In this document: in pieces, positions 62,728-64,000 of the stretch | Layout of the letters: each line of letters begins with the position of its first letter | Position numbering within the stretch: position 1 is the stretch's first letter | NCBI GenBank assembly: GCA_964291215.2 | Contig: OZ219790.1 | Span: forward strand, 928,001 to 992,000 | DNA: 64,000 nucleotides | Source: Alphaproteobacteria bacterium | GTDB lineage: Bacteria > Pseudomonadota > Alphaproteobacteria > MPNO01 > UBA830 | Direction of reading: 5' to 3' | Notes under the pieces: model-generated | What the model was told of the DNA's origin: nothing | The model's database searches: none | What the model saw: the letters and a program-made list of their open reading frames with translations, nothing else | Made by a program: the position numbers and the translations under genes

Positions 62728-64000
62728 GTATCTACTCACCCCTTGTTGGGTTCTGATTGGCCATAGTGCTCGTTGATGATGTCTGCGGCTTTTCCGTCGA
62801 AGGCGATCTGGGTGGCGACGAGTGGGTTGTAGCCGAGTGCGGCCATGGAGGTGAGGTAGCTTGAGCCCCGGCACCATGCTTTTGCGTGGAGCGGAAGCAT
62901 CCGGACACCTTGACCTTTGCCATCCTGATCTTCTGTTCTCCGGCATTGTTGGTGAAGCTGACGTCGGGGTCGTCTGTGAAGCGCAGGTTTTCGTGTTTCA
63001 CGAGACGTTCGTGCAGGTTGTGCGCGTCGGACTTGCGTCCACGTTTTCCTTTCGGCGGCGGCGGGATGTCGGGCAGTTCCCTGGCGCCCTGATGGTGCGG
63101 TAGCGCTTGCGCCCGGCGTCGTTCAGGGTCTTGGATGCGCTCTTGTTGACCTTGTGGCAGACCTCGCGGAGCAGGCTCTTCATCAGTCGCGCGGTAGCCT
63201 CGACGACAAAGGTCAGTTCGCGCAGCAGGTGGCTGCCGCACAGCTGGTGGCTACACTGGCCCATGTACGAGGCCCAGGACGCCCTTGTAGCACGGGCCGA
63301 TCTCTTGCCCGCGCTTGCGGTGCGGGAACTTGCACGTCAGGGTCCCACGACATGGAGCCACTTGCTGTTGATCCGAAATCGTCGACATCGGGCGTTGCAG
63401 GAGGTGCGCCACGGCGGCCTCCTCCCATGACGCATCGTGAAAGCATAGCTGAGGCAGGTTGCCTCGGAGAGCTTGATGCCGGAGATCGCCTGCACGAGCG
63501 CGACGGCACGGCGCAGGGACAGCATCTGGGCGACCAGCAGGTTGATGACGAGGGCCTGGATGCCGTACTGCACGGGATGTTGTCGGGGAACCGGCCCCGG
63601 GCCTTGCACTTCGGGCATTCCTCGGCGCGGCGCTCGACGACCTCGAACACGATGTCGTGCGGCGCTCCCGATCGACGACGCCGTCGATGTCGGCGCCGCA
63701 GGCGTCGCAGGCCGCGACCGTCTCCTCGACGATGATCTTGCGCAGGTTGTCGCCCATCTGCTGGTTCGGCTTCGGGCCGTTGCTCCCGGCACGCTCTTGT
63801 CCGTCTGTGACGGCGGCAGACCGGAGTTCCGGCTCGTGCGTGGTCTTCTCCAGAAGGACGACGATGAGGATGTCGAGCAGGGTGACGAGGACGCGGATGA
63901 CGGCCTCTTCCGCCACCTTGCCGGCAGCGCCGCGGTCTTGGCCGCTTCGAACTCCTCGCGCGCCGCCCGTCGCCATCACCCGGCCTTGCGCTTCATCAGC
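62728..64000 (-). mobile_element. Decayed IS66-family element (copy 2, runs off the window)
   Basis: End GTATCTACTCACCCC; near-identical to 54904-56183. Confidence 0.88.

Noticed and set aside
61357-62766. 469-aa ORF as an intact transposase
   Set aside because: Chimera of the IS110 right end and frameshifted ISNCY pieces that drift in and out of the true frame
1-64000. tRNA, rRNA or riboswitch genes
   Set aside because: No recognisable cloverleaf, rRNA or SAM/cobalamin riboswitch consensus by eye; an Infernal scan would be decisive

Overview
High-GC window that looks alphaproteobacterial (gene families and IS types resemble marine/sponge-associated Rhodospirillales-like genomes; this is inference). 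Three intact blocks of metabolic and transport genes (1-30.1 kb, 30.7-33.7 kb, 43.1-52.4 kb) encode TTT, TRAP and Liv transporters, an ars operon, pyk, crotonases, aromatic-catabolism enzymes including a 4-chlorobenzoate-CoA-ligase-like gene, and a metF/MetE-like/rhodanese operon led by an HTH-methyltransferase fusion. These alternate with two graveyards of nested, decayed insertion sequences (33.8-42.7 kb, 52.4-64 kb: ISNCY, ISKra4-like, DUF4338 element, IS5, IS256, IS630, IS4, IS66, IS110, TnpB remnant). Inside the graveyards survive a translationally coupled three-gene module that resembles a chaperone/antitoxin/ADP-ribosyltransferase-like toxin system (37070-38920) and an RTX protein. Most notable: (i) an IS110 whose bridge-RNA guide loops can be read from the sequence and match both its own donor junction and the site it occupies; (ii) the three-gene candidate TA-chaperone system; (iii) a heavy microhomology-deletion signature in the dead elements, while host genes are clean. 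No rRNA, tRNA or CRISPR array was seen. All family calls are from motif recognition, not database searches.
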